Origin: Octopus sinensis
Taxonomy: Eukaryota
Assembly: GCF_006345805.1 (NCBI RefSeq)
Contig: NC_043020.1
Coordinates: forward strand, 27,466,001 to 27,530,000
Length of the DNA: 64,000 bases
Reading direction: 5' to 3'
The first letter of the stretch is position 1. The number at the start of each line of letters is the position of its first letter. Position numbers and translations under genes: made by a program. Below the pieces are notes generated by a model, which was not told where the DNA came from, ran no database searches, and saw only the letters and a list, made by a program, of their open reading frames with translations. Of this stretch, positions 11,566 through 26,500 are shown piece after piece.

Positions 11566-14500
11566 CTGAAAATGGAAAAAGAAATATTATTATTACTAGC
11601 AGTATTGCCCGGCGTTGCTCGGGTTTGTAAGGGAAATAAATATATAAGCATTTTTAGAGAGTTACTTCCCTTATATAAACCGAGCAAAAATCATTAAAAA
11701 TGCGGAAAAGTGATGGTAAATTTTTTTTTTAAATCAGACTCATCGTAGACGCGCGCTAATACCCAGAAGGGCTCGATATAAATCACGACTATAAGATACC
11801 CGCTTTTGGTTAAACTGCACCGCAAAATGTGGGAGTAATTAGGAATCTAAATCGGAGTAGACAGACACACACACAACTTCATTTTTATATATAAAGATTA
11901 AGACGGCAAGCATTAGGGTCGATGTAATCATCTCAGCCCCTCCCATGAAATCACAGACCTTGTGCCAAAATTTGAAACCACTGGCAGAATCACTAGCATG
12001 CTGGACGAAATGCTTAGTGGCATTTGGGCCCATCGCTATTGGTCTGAGTTCAAATTCTGCCAAGATTGACTTTGCTTTTCACCCTTTTGGGGGTTGATAA
12101 AATAAGTTCCAGTTGAACACTGGGGTCAATCTCCCCCAAGATGCCCTTGTAGCAAAAATTTGAAACTTATTATTATTATTACTATTATTATTTTTAAGGC
12201 GGCAAGCTGGCAGGATTGTTAGCATGCTGGACAAAATGCTTAGCGGTTGTTCATCTATCGCTACATTCTGAGTTCAAATTCCGCTGAAGTCGACTTTGCC
12301 TTTCATCCTTTTGGGGTCGATTAAATAAGTACCAGTTACATTCTGGGGTTGATATAATCGACTTAATCCGCTTGCCCCAACTGTGTGCAGCCCCTTGCAG
12401 GCAGTAAAGAAATAAGAAACTGAAAGAAGTCCATCATATATATACATATATTTGAGTGTGTTTATTCCCTCACCATCACTTGACAACCAATGATGGTGTG
12501 TTTACGTCCCCATAACTTAGCGGTTTGGCACAAGGGACTGATAGAATAAGCACCAGGCTTACAAAGAATAAGCCTTGGGGTCGATTTGGTCGACTAAAGG
12601 CAGTGCTCCAGCATGGCCCACAGTCAAATGCCTGAAACAAGTAAAAGAATAAAACACTGTATATACGTACTGTCGATCTGCTCTCCTATTGAATCGAGTC
12701 GATGATTGATCTCCCGTTGCGTCTGCATGACGTATTGCAACAGATTGGTTTGGTAATCCTGCAACGGATCGACTGTGGCAGCCTTGGAAGCTTCTGTTGC
12801 ATTCTCTCTTCCCGGATCTTCAGTACTTTCCGAATTGGAATCACCCTCACCACTCGCTGACGGAGGCTGAAATACAGAAAGACGACGAAATTCAACCCTT
12901 TGGATACCAACCTGCGCAAGACTGCTTCTAGTTCCCTGTTTCAACCTTTTAACATTGAAACTGACCAAGTCAGGACCAAATATTTTATCTGTTTTATGTT
13001 CAAACTAACCAGATTTGGCCCCTCCAACCTACCCAACAATGTCATTTTAAAACAGGTTTTCAACCATTTTTTATCTATGGATTTTGAATAGAAATACAAT
13101 TTGTATGCCTTATTTGAGTAATACCCATGTTAGTCACAGTAAGGGCAGTGGGACAGCACACCTAACAACCACCACCATACGCCACTGGTAAGATGTTAGA
13201 GAAAGAAACCCAGCTGTTTCTTGTAATACATACCAATACACACGTCTAAAGCTAAATATTTCCAGGGGCCCGGCTCGCCCTAACTGGCTCCTGTGCCGGT
13301 GGCACGTAAAAAGCACTATCCAAATGTGATCTATGCCAGGCCTACCTGACTGGCTCCTGTGCCGGTGGCATGTAAAAAGCACCCACTACACTCTCGGAGT
13401 GGTTGGCGCTAGGAAGGGCATCCAGCTGTAGAAACCTTGCCAGATCAGATTGGACTCTGGTGCAGCCTCCTGGTTTGCCAGTCGTCAGTCAAACCGTCCA
13501 ACACCATGCCAGCATAGAAAACGGACATTAAACGATGATGATGATTGATCCCCTATTTACTATTTTGTGTGGAGCCTGCCAAAAATCTTATATGGGCCTC
13601 TCAGGATGAGAACCACTGTCCTACAATAAATAATCACGTTGTTTAAGTCACAAAGCTACCAGATAATGCAGGACTACTTAATGGAAAATAATGCAGGATA
13701 TTTTATTAGTGAAGGTATACAAATGGGAAACAACCAGAAGGCACAGCATGTGTTACTAACCTTAGAACTGCTGCTGTTGTTGTTATTGTTGTTGTTGACT
13801 GTTGGCTTGGGCTCTTCGTCTTTGTCAGTTTCCCAAACAAACTGGCCCTTCTTGGTGTCTCCAGCTTTTTTGGAACCTGCTTCCGTTCGATTGGGGCTGT
13901 CCTTGAGAAGACTAGATATTTTCCCGCTGTTGGGTAAGTGACTGGATTTCAATGGCAACGATGTGGAGGAGGAGGAGGATGGTGATGACGAGGATGATAG
14001 AGAAGACGTTGATAATGACGATGACGACGATGATGACAATCCGGTGCCTTTTGACTGAGAACCAGGATCTTGGTCCACACCTGAACAAAGAAAATACAAA
14101 TGTTAAACAACATGCTTTTAATTTTTCTGTTAATTACCATCATCGTTATTTTAACATCCACTTTTCTTTGCTTGCATGGGTCAGATGATTTCTCATTGAG
14201 AAAGATTTTCTACATCCGGATGCCCTTCTTGTCCCTGTTCCTAAACAAGCTGGTATTTCTCCAAGGCCCAGACAGGTTTTCACAGAAGAGGGGAAGCTTG
14301 TTTACGATTATCACACAATGTCAGGTTAAGTAAGTTTCTTAAACATCACACCTGCCCCTATTATATATATTTCTTTACTACCCACAAGGGGCTAAACACA
14401 GAGGGGACAAACAAGGACAGACAAAGGGATTAAGTCGACTACATCGACCCCAGTGCGTAACTGGTACTTAATTTATCGACCCCGAAAGGATGAAAGGCAA

Positions 14501-17500
14501 AGTCGACCTCGGCGGAATTTGAACTCGGAACGTAACGACAGACGAAATACGGCTACGAATTTCGCCCGGCGTGCTAACGTTTCTACCAGCTCGCCGCCTA
14601 CCTGCCCCTATTATATACATAGGTATACAAGGCTTTGGTCAACCCAGGAATATACAAGAAGACCCTTGCTCAAAGTGCTATGCGTTGCTTTATTTCACTT
14701 CATGCCACCTGGCCCGAGAATTGACACCATAGCCTCATGATTGCAAGTCCAATGCCCTAACCACTATGCCACATAAACATAAAACAATAAAACAAACTGA
14801 AAAAATTAAAAGACAAGACAAAAACAAAATACCAACCTGAGTGATTCTGATCTGCTGGACTGCAATTATTCGTGGTCAATGGATGAGGACCACTGGCAGG
14901 GGTAGGACCCGTGTCCTGCACCATCCCCGACTCATCAGCCTCAGAGTCTTGTTGGTCAGCCAGGATCTCTGCAGGCAACTGAGGGTCAATCAATACGGGG
15001 TCGACAAAAGTGGACACCCTGAAGCTGGACAGCGTTGGTCTTATTTCTGGACATTCCTGTTCTGTGTGTGAGGTGTTAGCCGTGTTGTTGCTGTTGAGGG
15101 TCGACCAGTTTTTAGTCCACAATTTTAGCCCTTCTTTTTCACTGGACCTGGAAGAAAAAGGAAACGGAAACAAATAATAATTACGTCACACATATTGGTG
15201 TTAAGAAGGGCATCGGCTGTTCAAACCACGCCAAGACAGATGACAACTGGAGCCTGGTGCAGCCCTCCAGCTTGTCAGTTAGTTTCTGTCAAACTGTCCA
15301 ACCCATGCCAACATGGAAAATGGATATTAGATTATGATGATGATACGGTCAAGATAGGAAAGACCGATTCCCACCACTACCCCACCCCAAGTGATTGAGT
15401 AAGATTCATTTTTGTATCAATAGAAGAAGGATGGAAGGCAAAATTGCAAAACTGACCCCACCACCAGCAGGATTTGAACTTGGGATGTACAGGCTTGTAA
15501 TACAATACAGCAAGATATTTCGTCCAGCACTCCTGATTCTACCTTCCCCTCCCACCCCCATCTTATAATAATAAAAGTGCCGTGGCATGGCCACAGTCAA
15601 ATAACTGAAACAAGTAAAAGGGTAATGTCATAGCTAAGGTTCTACAGAGGAACCGCTGTGTGAATGGCCCCCAGTGCTGTTCTGAGTGAATTTGATTAAA
15701 TGGAAACTATGTGGAAGCTCTGTGTGCGTGATAGAGTACTTGACAACCTGTGTTATTTCAAGCTGGCAGAAACGTTAGCATGCCGGCCGAAATGCGTAGC
15801 CGTATTTCGTCTGCCTTTACGTTCTGGGTTCAAATTCTGCCGAGGTCGACTTTGCCTTTCATCCTTTCGGGGGTCGATAAATAAAGTACCAGTTACGCAC
15901 GGGGGTAGATATAATTGACTTAATCCGTTTGTCTGTCCCTTCTGTGTTTAGCCCCTTGTGGGTAGTAAAGAAATAGGTATTTCATGGCAGTGCTCCAGCA
16001 CGGCCACAGTCAAATGACTCAAACAGAAAAGGTAAAAAAATAAAAAGACAATAATGAAGAACTCACAGGGACAATTTGACCTGGCGTTTGATCCCGTAAA
16101 GTACAGCTATGATATTGTGTAAGTCACCGACAAGACTGTTCGTAGCAAGGATCCTGTTGATCTTTCCGCTTTCATCATGGTCTGCTTCAACGAAACTGAA
16201 GCCAGGCAACTGGCCAAGCTTCAGCCAGTCTTGGTCATAGATGTATTTGGCACTAGGACGAAGACCTGCCGGGCAGAAAGTAATAAAAAAAAGAAAAGTA
16301 AATACATAACAAAACACAAGAATATGTTAACAGCATCATCAGGTTTCTGTTCCATTTATCTTAACCTTACAATGCCATGTTCCTGGTATATGCAGAATAG
16401 CCAAAACATAATCTCTACCAGATCCCCATTAAAGCAGTAATGAATACCATGCATGGAAAGAGAAGATTATAAGGATCTTTTCGGTTTGAACGGCAGTTTT
16501 TAACATAATTTCCAGGTAACTAAAAAATTTTAAACTTCGTATACTGGTAGAATGTGTCTATAAAACATCTTTTTCTCTTGGCTTTATTGAGAAAATTCTA
16601 TAGTTTGTAATTTCAACCAATCAATGACGTCTATTGAGGTAAAAAAAAAACATTCTGTGCCGTATGAATATGTCCCTCGTTTAAGAAACAGATTGGGTTT
16701 ATTTACATTTCTGAAGAAAAAAAAGATACCCTTCCCCCCACCACTAACTCTAACCCTAAAACAGATTGAAATGCAATAGATAGATACTAGGGTCATAATT
16801 TCAATTTCATATGATACTGCTAGAAAAAAAACTGCCGTTCAAACCGAAAAGATCTGATTATAAACTAAAAACAGACAAGCAATTATGTTGCATCTTTGTA
16901 GTCACATGTCTTTAAGACTTATTACTAACGACGTCCCACAAAGCTGTTGGTTTCTTTTATTTTTAACTAGCTTAAAAGCTGCAGATTTTTAAGCTAGCTC
17001 CTGTGGAGGACTAATTGGGCCTGTGGCCCTTAAACTAAAAAGAGCTAAATATATTTCTTTATTGCCCACAAGGGGCTAAACATAGAGTGGACAAACAAGG
17101 ACAGACATAGGTATTAAGTCAATAACATCGACCCCAGAGCGTAACTGGTACTTAATTTATCAACCCCGAAAGGATGAAAGGCAAAGTCGACCTCGGTGGA
17201 ATTTGAACTCACAGCGTAATGGCAGACAAAATACGGCTACACATTTCGCCCGGCGTGCTAACGTTTCTGCCAGCTCACCTAGAATGGCTATAATATGTTT
17301 ATAAAGACTATATGCCCCGGTGGTATTTAATCAGAGGTTAAGGACGGACGAGGATTAATTCTATAATGCTGTTATTCTATTGTTCAAGTCCCCAGTTGAT
17401 TTCCTTGAACCGTTAAAACTCGCGTCGCCCCTTGGCACACAACAAACCGAGACAAACTTAAAAACTTCATTTATGTCCACAACTGTTTTTTTTTTGTTTC

Positions 17501-20500
17501 TTACCTCTTGGGTTCTGACAGATGGAGCAGATGTACTTCTTGGGAAGAGTTGCTTCATCAAGGTTCATACAGAAGGCATGCTGCCAGCACATACATACTT
17601 CACACTGCAAAAAAATACAAACAATAAGGGATAACAACAACGCTTTCAATTTTTTGGCACAAGGCCAGCAATTTCAGGGGGCGGGGGTAAGTTGATTATA
17701 TTGACCCCAGTGTCTAACTGGCTCTTATTTTTAACGACCCTGAAAGGATGAAAGACGAAGTCAACCTGGGCAGAATTAGAACTCAGAACGTAAAGACAGA
17801 TAAAATGTTGTTAAACATTTTGCTTGGCGTGCTAACGATTCTGCCAGTTTGCTGCCTTGAATCAATAATAATAATAATAATCCTTTCTGTTATAGGCACA
17901 AGGCCTGAAATTTTGAGGGGGAAGGGGCTAGTCGATTATATTGTCCCCCAATGTGCAACTGGTACTTCATCAATCCCCAAAACGATGTAAAGTTAAGTTG
18001 ACCTCAGTGGAATTTGAACTCAAAACATAAAAATGGACGAAATGTTGATAAGCATTTTGCCCAGCGAGCTGACGATGACGACAACAACAATAATAATAAT
18101 AATAAATGCCCTGATGCTGTACCAGGCAGTTGTTCTCATGTCTTCTGATCTTAACTGATTGGAAGTATTACCATGTACATTGTTTTGTCTTGGTATAAAA
18201 GATGGGCTACAGCAAATATTCTGCTCAATACCACAGATTTGCTTGTCAGTTGTTTGACCGTAACCAATTGAGCATGTCCTTTAGTGGCTGACAATATGTG
18301 CATCTCTGATCACGAGAAGAAGTAGTGGGGGAGCATCATAGCCATGTGTTGAGAGGGATTCTTTGGGGTTTGAATAATTCACCTCTGGAAACATGGGTGT
18401 TTCGTTCAACATGCTTAACCCTTACTCAAGGACCTTTTGAGTGGGATGGGCTACTCAATCTGAAGAAAATTCTAACTGGGTCCCACCTGCAAGGTCATTT
18501 GCTGTTTATCTTGATATGAGATCATCATGTCATGTACAGATAAATGCGATGCATGTGCCTGGTGTACCCTTATCAGAAGGGTAGTCATGATGGGTACAGT
18601 GGGCCTGCACCAACGTAACGAAGCAAATGCAATAATGAAACCTGTCTCTTCCGTGTAACATTATTGTAATACAGAAATGGTTTACCTGAATCATAAGGCC
18701 CTTCTCTTCAACCTGGTTACAAACACAATGGATGACTTCGCTGCTTGTATCTTCTTCCTCAAACTCTGTAAAGTCTTCAGCCACAGGTTCCAGTACAGGA
18801 GGTCGTTCGATATCTGCAAACGATGTCAATTAGCATCAGTGTCTACAACTCTACCATCATTAGCAGTATCGTAAGAAAACACTACCACCCATATAGCTCG
18901 TAGCAAACACTATCACTCATGTAGCAATCATTATCAGGCAGGTAGCAAACATCACTCATGTAGCAAACATCGTCACTCATATAGCAAACACTGTCACTCA
19001 TATAGCAAACAGTCACTCATATAGCAAACACTGTCACTCATATAGCAAACACTGTCACTCATATAGCAAACACTGTCACTCATATAGCAAACACTGTCAC
19101 TCATATAACAAACACTGTCACCACTCGCACAATGAGTGCAGCCACTCGCATGGCAAACACTGTCACTCATATAATAAACGCTATCACTATCATAAGTATG
19201 AAACAATTCTAGATATATAAAATGTGACTAATGGGACCGATTGGTCATGATTGGATCAGAATTGGTAGGGGATTAAGCCACCACATCACGTGTCCTAATC
19301 ATGTATATTCACAAGTCCACACACAAACAGTTTCTCAAAGAAATTCCTTTCCATTTCTCATTGCAGAATGAACCAATTCCTCTCTAAACTTACTTTTACT
19401 TCTTCTTCTCTTGTCATGTTTCCTTTCTTTGACGGTGATGGGTGGTGGCACCATTTCACTTGCAGCTGAAATAATAAAGACCAAGGATGAGAGAGAGAGA
19501 CAGACAGATGGAGAAGAGGAGAGAGAGCGAGAGACACATAGATGGGGAGATAGACACACACACTAAGAGAAAGACAGAGGAAGAGAGAGAGAGATACATA
19601 GGTGGAGAGATACACACACACACAAAAGTGGAGACACACATACACACACAAAGGTGGGGAGAGAGAGAGACAAAGGTGGAGAGAAAGACACACACACACA
19701 CAGACAGACAGACAGAGAGAGGGGGGGAGAGAGAGAGAGACAAAGAAACGGAGAGGAGATTAAGAATTTTCAAAGCTTGACATTACAAGAAAGCAACAGC
19801 CTTAAAAAAAAGAGGATGGGGTGGGGGTGAGGTAACAAAAAATAAAAAAAAAACAAAGAAAGGAGGGAGAAACAAGCACAAATAAAAAAAAAATGTCAAT
19901 TTGCCTACATGTGACCATAAAACATGCTAGAAATACGTACCTTAAACTTCCCTCAACTCACAAGCTACCAACTTAAAACAATGTAATCCGAGATACACGT
20001 AGGCCTACTGGATCACAGTTGCTCTGGAACTACTTCACCCCAACAACAATCAAAATTCTGACTAATTAAACCCAACAATGGTCAGCAAGATGTGGTAGGG
20101 ATGGGTTAGTGACTGAGTGCTCCGGGGCTATACTAACAGTTCAGCAAACGAGACTGACAGAATAAGTATCAGGCTTAAAAGAATGAGTCGAGATGTTTAA
20201 CTAAAATTGTTCTAGGTGGTGCCCCAGTATGGCCACAGTCTAATGACTGAAACAAGTAAGAGAAAAGCTGAAGGAGTTTACAGTCCCCCCGCTGCCATTC
20301 CTCATGCTGAACAAACCTCCACCTACACCATCTCACCCATCAGTTTGCTTCCTGCTGAAGGGAGCATGCTCCATGCAAATGCTTAAAGCAAGACTATAAC
20401 AACACTGACAAACATTTCTGTAATAAAAATTAAAATGAGCTTCAAAGCACAAACTTTTAAACAAAAACCACACAAAGGGAGACAACTGAAGGGAACTTAG

Positions 20501-23500
20501 GATGTTAACTAAAATCAATGTAAACAGTTAAATAAGAGAAAAAAAATACTTCTTAATTAAAGAATCGGTTTCAAATTTTGGCACAAGGCCAGCAAGTTTG
20601 AGGGAGGGTTTAAGTTGATTACATCGACCCTCCCCCCGTGCTCAGCTGGGACTAATTTTATCAATCCCGAAAGGATGAAAGTTAAAGCCAACCCTGAACC
20701 CAGAACATATGGAATGCCGCTAAACATCTTGTTCAAGGTGCTAACGATTCTGCCAGCTGGCTGCCTAATTAATTAAAATATTCATTTCAGATTTTGGCAC
20801 AAGGCCAGCAATTTCAGGGGGGAAGTGGGTTGAGTCGATTACACTGACCTCAGTTCCCGACTGGTATTTTGTTTTCACTGACTCTGAAAGGATGAAAGGT
20901 AAAGTCGACGGCAGAATTTGAACCCACAATGTAAAGACACACAAAATGCCACATGCCACTAAGCATTTTGTCTCCTGGTTAATTAACGATTCTTCCAGCT
21001 CACCACCTTGTTAATTAAGATATTGAAAGCAAACTCAAGAAGGTCAGGGATTTACAAGACAAAGATATTCTTTGAAATGGCTAATTCAGTTGAATGAAAA
21101 CAAAATTTTAACCCTTTGCCTGCCTTGTGTATCACATGTGGTGTACAAGACATATTTCCTTGATGTTCATACATCACATATGATACACATACCTCATTCT
21201 GCCTGCCCTTTGTGTCAAGTGATACAAAGGACAGGCAGAATTGGATATGTATATCAGACATCTTTCCCAAGCGTCCATGCATCATATCTGATAGACATTC
21301 CCAATTTTTTTCAACTTGGGACTTAACAAAGGATAGCTTTATATTGCTCAGGATGTATAGGAACAAAGGCTAACTCAAAGTCTGAAAAGAAGCATGGACA
21401 TTCAGGATAAACTTATGAAAATGCTTTGCTAAGGCAAAAGGTCAAACATGAATGGGGGAAAAAAAAATTAAATTTTGCACATAAGGAGAAAACAACTGAA
21501 AAGCAAAATGTAACAAAGTCCACACCAACAATAGCAGGATATGGGTTTCACAGGAGATAAATAATAAAAATTAGGGGACAAGGGGAACATTAAAAATGGG
21601 GTTCTGAACTGAGGTGTCATGATTTACCATCTAAAAGATCGAAGTTTTTGATGTCATCCTGTAACAGACAAGAACTTGGACTATCCAGGGTCGGGAAACC
21701 ATTCAGGGTGTGACGCAGGGCTAACTGAGAAGTATACCTCCGCTTCGGAGGCACGGCGTCACACTTGGTCTTTTGAGAGTGGTCAGAACTGGTGGAACCT
21801 AAAAGGTGGCAAAATTCGGAAGAGAAAGAAAAAAGAGAGAGAGAAAGAGAAAGGAGAGAAGAAATATAAAACAGAACTGATGGAGACATTTGAAAACACC
21901 AAAAAAATGCATTTACAAGAAGGGTCAGCAGGAATGGTAACAATGGAGAAACAGTTGAAGTGAAGAAAAGAGAAAAAGGAGAGAGAGAAGGGGAGCTTAA
22001 TGACCGTCTGGAACCACCAGACTAAGCTCACACACACACACACACACGTTTCTCAGTCTCTCCTCCCACCACTGTTCCACAATGGTATTGGTTTATGTCC
22101 CTGTAACCTCGTGGTTTGACAAATGAGAATGATAAATTAAGTGTCAGGCTTACTGGCCTCCGTGCTGGTGGAACGTAAAATGCACCATCCGATTGTGGAC
22201 GTTGCCAGCCTCGCCTGGCCCCCGTGCCGGTGGAACGTGAAAAGCACCATCCGATCGTGGCCGTTTGCCAGCCACGCCTGGCCCCCATGCCAGTGGCACG
22301 TAAAAGGCTCCATCCGATCGTGGGGCTGTTTGCCAGCCTCGTCTGGCCCCCGTGCCGGTGGCACGTAAAAGGCTCCATCCGATCGTGGGGCTGTTTGCCA
22401 GCCTCGTCTGGCCCCCATGCTGGTGGCACGTAAAAGGCTCCATCCGATCGTGGGGCTGTTTGCCAGCCTCGTCTGGCCCCCGTGCCAGTGGCACGTAAAA
22501 GGCTCCATCCGATCGTGGGGCTGTTTGCCAGCCTCGTCTGGCCCCCGTGCCAGTGGCACGTAAAAGGCTCCATCCGATCGTGGGGCTGTTTGCCAGCCTC
22601 GTCTGGCCCCCATGCCGGTGGCACGTAAAAGGCTCCATCCGATCGTGGGGCTGTTTGCCAGCCTCGTCTGGCCCCCATGCCGGTGGCACGTAAAAGGCTC
22701 CATCCGATCGTGGCCGTTTGCCAGCGACGCCTGGCCCCCGTGCCAGTGGCACGTAAAAGGCTCCATCCGATCGTGGGGCTGTTTGCCAGCCTCGTCTGGC
22801 CCCCATGCCAGTGGCACGTAAAAGGCTCCATCCGATCGTGGGGCTGTTTGCCAGCCTTATCTGACACCCGTGCAGGTGGCACGTAAAAAGCACCCACTAC
22901 ACACACGGAGTGGTTGGCGTTAGGAAGGGCATCAAGCTGTAGAAACACTGCCAGATCAGACTGGGCCTGGTGCAGCCTTCTGGCTTCCCAGAACCCAGTT
23001 GAACCGTCCAACCCATGCTAGCATGGAAAGTGGACATTAAACGATGATGATAAGGAGGAGGAGTAATATGTTCAACTAAACCCTTCAAGGCAGTGCCCCA
23101 GCATGGCTGCAGACCAACAGGCTGTGTGGGTTTGGATATAGTTTAAGGTTTTAGGGTGAAGTGAAATAAAAGCATGTACAGCTATGAATGGTGTGGGCTA
23201 AAGGAATCGCATGCCCTTAACCCTTTTGTGACCACATTTCTGTTGACATATTGCGTTTGTTGTAATTAATTTTGGAAATAACGAAGAAATTACTTAAAAC
23301 CTTTTAGCATTTAAACCGGCCGTATCTGACCCAAATGCTCTACCAGTTTCGTAATCACACAGGCCAGATCCAACCTCTCACACCTGCCCAACATTGTCAT
23401 TCTAAAAATCAACATCACATCATCGAAATGAGATAATGCTAGGAGATAATGCATGGTTAATCCCAGGCTTAAAAGCAGAGTAATCCGAATGCTCAAAGGT

Positions 23501-26500
23501 TAAAATAATTTTGTCATTAAGCTGTGTATATTTTATTTTATTTTATCTAGCTTCAGCCCACGAGCTGTGGCCATGCTGGGGCACCGCCATTTGAGACATA
23601 AATTAACGAATTATGATGGAAAGTTTTAATTTAGATCAGTCTAAAAACAGAGTTCGTATTATAGAACTGGGGTCAGTCATAGGAAAGTCGGTATTGAAAG
23701 GGTTGACGTGGTGATAGAAGTAAAAGGAAACAAGGGGTAGTGGGTAGAGCAGAGCTAATGTAGAAGGTGGATGAGGAGGAGGAGAAAGATAGAGGGGGTA
23801 GCAAAAATTATTTAACTGAAGCAGAAGGCAAATGAACAAATATTTTACCCAGATTTTTTTTATTTCACTTTGAACAAAAACCAGTTTAAACCCTCCCCCC
23901 ATACATACACAGATATACACAATTAGATGTAGATGGTTCCAGTTTATGACCCCCACCTCCTACTTATTTAACTTTTTCAATGCAACAAAGATCCCTACCA
24001 CCTTTAATTACAAAGTGGGAACACGCATTCCAGCAGAATGAGACTTGGCGCCACTGAACGGACATTCACATAATTGTTATTCTACAAAATTTCTTCTCTT
24101 GTCTCTATTTCTTATTAACCGTTTTGTTACCGTATTCACAGGGATGGTCATAGCTGGAGTGCTTGGTCACAGTTGATCTAAGGTTAAACAAGTCATACCA
24201 CTACCACAGCCACCATCACTCCACATACACAGAGGGGGGAAAAAAGTACATATATTTACCCTATTTTCTGGCACACAAGTCAAACTTTCCAAACTAGAAT
24301 TTACAGCCGCAGAAAAAAGGTAGGTCAACTTATACACGAAGACAATTTGGAAGGACCGAAAATTCCATGCGAAATGCAATAAGCTTTGGGAAAATAGCAA
24401 CAAGGTTTAAAAGGTTGACTCTACGTGCTTACACTAAATACTAGGTTGACTTGTATGCCGGAAATACGAGAGGCTTCGTGTTTATATAAAGAAAACAGAG
24501 AGGGGCGGAGAGAAGAAGGAAGGGACACGCCATTCCAGTGTGGAGTATCAAAAGCTGTTATGATACAGAAGGGGTCACTAATGAAAAAAAGGGTCCAGAT
24601 CGGAAAGAGAGAGAGAGAAACATGTTATTCCCATTTGCCCTTTTTCCTTGATTAAGAAGGAACTTACAAATACTTGAAGTCTTCTGACGCTTCGACGACG
24701 GCACCGTTACGGGTGAGCTCACCATGGCTTTGCTGTCCTCCATGTGGTAGTACTTGATGTGGTACTGAAGGCGGTGGTCTTTACGGAAACTCTTGTTGCA
24801 GTTCTCGAACATGCATTTGTAAGGATTGTGATCATACTGGATAGTAAACTCCTGGCTTGCAACTGTAACAACAACAACAATAATAATAATAATAATAAAA
24901 GATTTGAACAGATGGATAGAGGAAATAGGTATAATACCAGTTTAATAAGGCGGCGAGCTGGCAGAACCGTTAGCACCCCGGGCGAAATGTGTAGCCGTAT
25001 TTCGTCTGCCGTTACGTTCTGAGTTCCAATTCCGCTGAGGTCGACTTTGCCTTTCATCCTTTCAGAGTCGATAAATTAAGTACCAGTTACGCACTGGGGT
25101 CAATGTAATCGACTTAATCCGTTTGGCTGTCCTTGTTTGTCCCCTCTGTGTTTAGCCCCTTGTGGGTAATAAAGAAATAGGTATAACACCAGGTTAAGTA
25201 CAGCTTCAGAAAATGATGTTATTAGGGTATTAGGGAGAGCTAGGATAATTAGGAGGGTTCTTGGTATTTAAGGTTATTTGTTGTAGCCCAATGTTAGGAA
25301 TTTTACTTCAAGTTTAATCTGTCGTGCATAAGTGAATAATAATAATAATCCTTTCTACTGAAGGCACAAGGCCTGGAATTTTGTAGTTGATTATGTTGAC
25401 CCCAGTGTTTCACTGGTACTTAATTTAATGACCCTGAAAGGATGAAAGGCAAAGTCAACTTTGGCAGAATTCGAATTCAGAACGTCAAGGGAGGTAAAAT
25501 ACCGCTGAACATATATTCCTTTGGAATATATGTCCAACCCATTTTTGACAGCTGGGTGGATGGAAGCAACGAGAAATAAAAAGACTTGCTCAAGGACACA
25601 ATGCGCTGCCGAGAATCGAACCCATGACTATATGAACATGAGATAAATACCCTAACCATTAAGCCGTGTGCCTGGACTACTGCTTAACATTTGGCTGCTA
25701 TTTCTAGCAGATTTGCCGACACTGCGGAAGAACCCTCACCTTGTAGGTTATCGAAGTAGTTGTAAATGTAAGTGCTTACCTTTCCCGCCGAGTTTAATCC
25801 TTTTGCGGGGGAGACCTTCATCTCCAGGTGACAGGGGTTCTTTCTTCACCACAAAGTCAGAAGTGTCAGGAGATTTCGACAAACCTCGTTTTCTTGAGGC
25901 CCGATGGGGACCTGTAGAAATTAACAACATATATATCACGAGTAGTAAGGGAGACAGAGCGGAGATGGGGGGAAAAAGGGATAACAAAGAAGAGGAAGAA
26001 TTATTTAGAGAAAGATAGACAGACAGACAGACACCAAAAGAGGCAAAGAGATGGAGGATGATGAGACGGAGAGAGACAAATGAGAAACAAATTATAGATC
26101 AGCATTATCATCATTTTGCCTGGCATGCTAATGATTTGGCCAGTTAACCGCCTTTCTATGAATAATAATAATAATAATAACCATGTGTTGAGAGGGATTC
26201 TTTGGGGTTTGAATAATTCACCTCTGGAAACATGGGTGGTTCTTTCAACATCCTTAAACAACCCTTATTCAGGGACCTTTTGAGCGGGATGGGTAACTCA
26301 ACCTGAAGAAAATTCTAACTGGGCCCCACCTGCAAGGTCATGTGCTGTTTATCTTGACATGAGATCACCATGTCGCGCACGTATGGTTGTGATGCATGTG
26401 CCTGGTGTACCCTTATCAGACAGGTAGTCATGATGGGTATATTGGGCTTCGTATATTTTACCCCAGTGTCACTTTGATGGCATGAACTGCTCTCTCACTC

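Noticed and set aside
22160-22890. CRISPR-like appearance of the regular repeats
   Set aside because: Units are contiguous with no unique spacers, the context is eukaryotic, and no cas genes are present.
22028-23011. Long ORFs (327, 247 and 226 aa) with repeated peptides
   Set aside because: By-product of the stop-poor 65-bp GC-rich tandem array; similar peptides recur at every family C copy.
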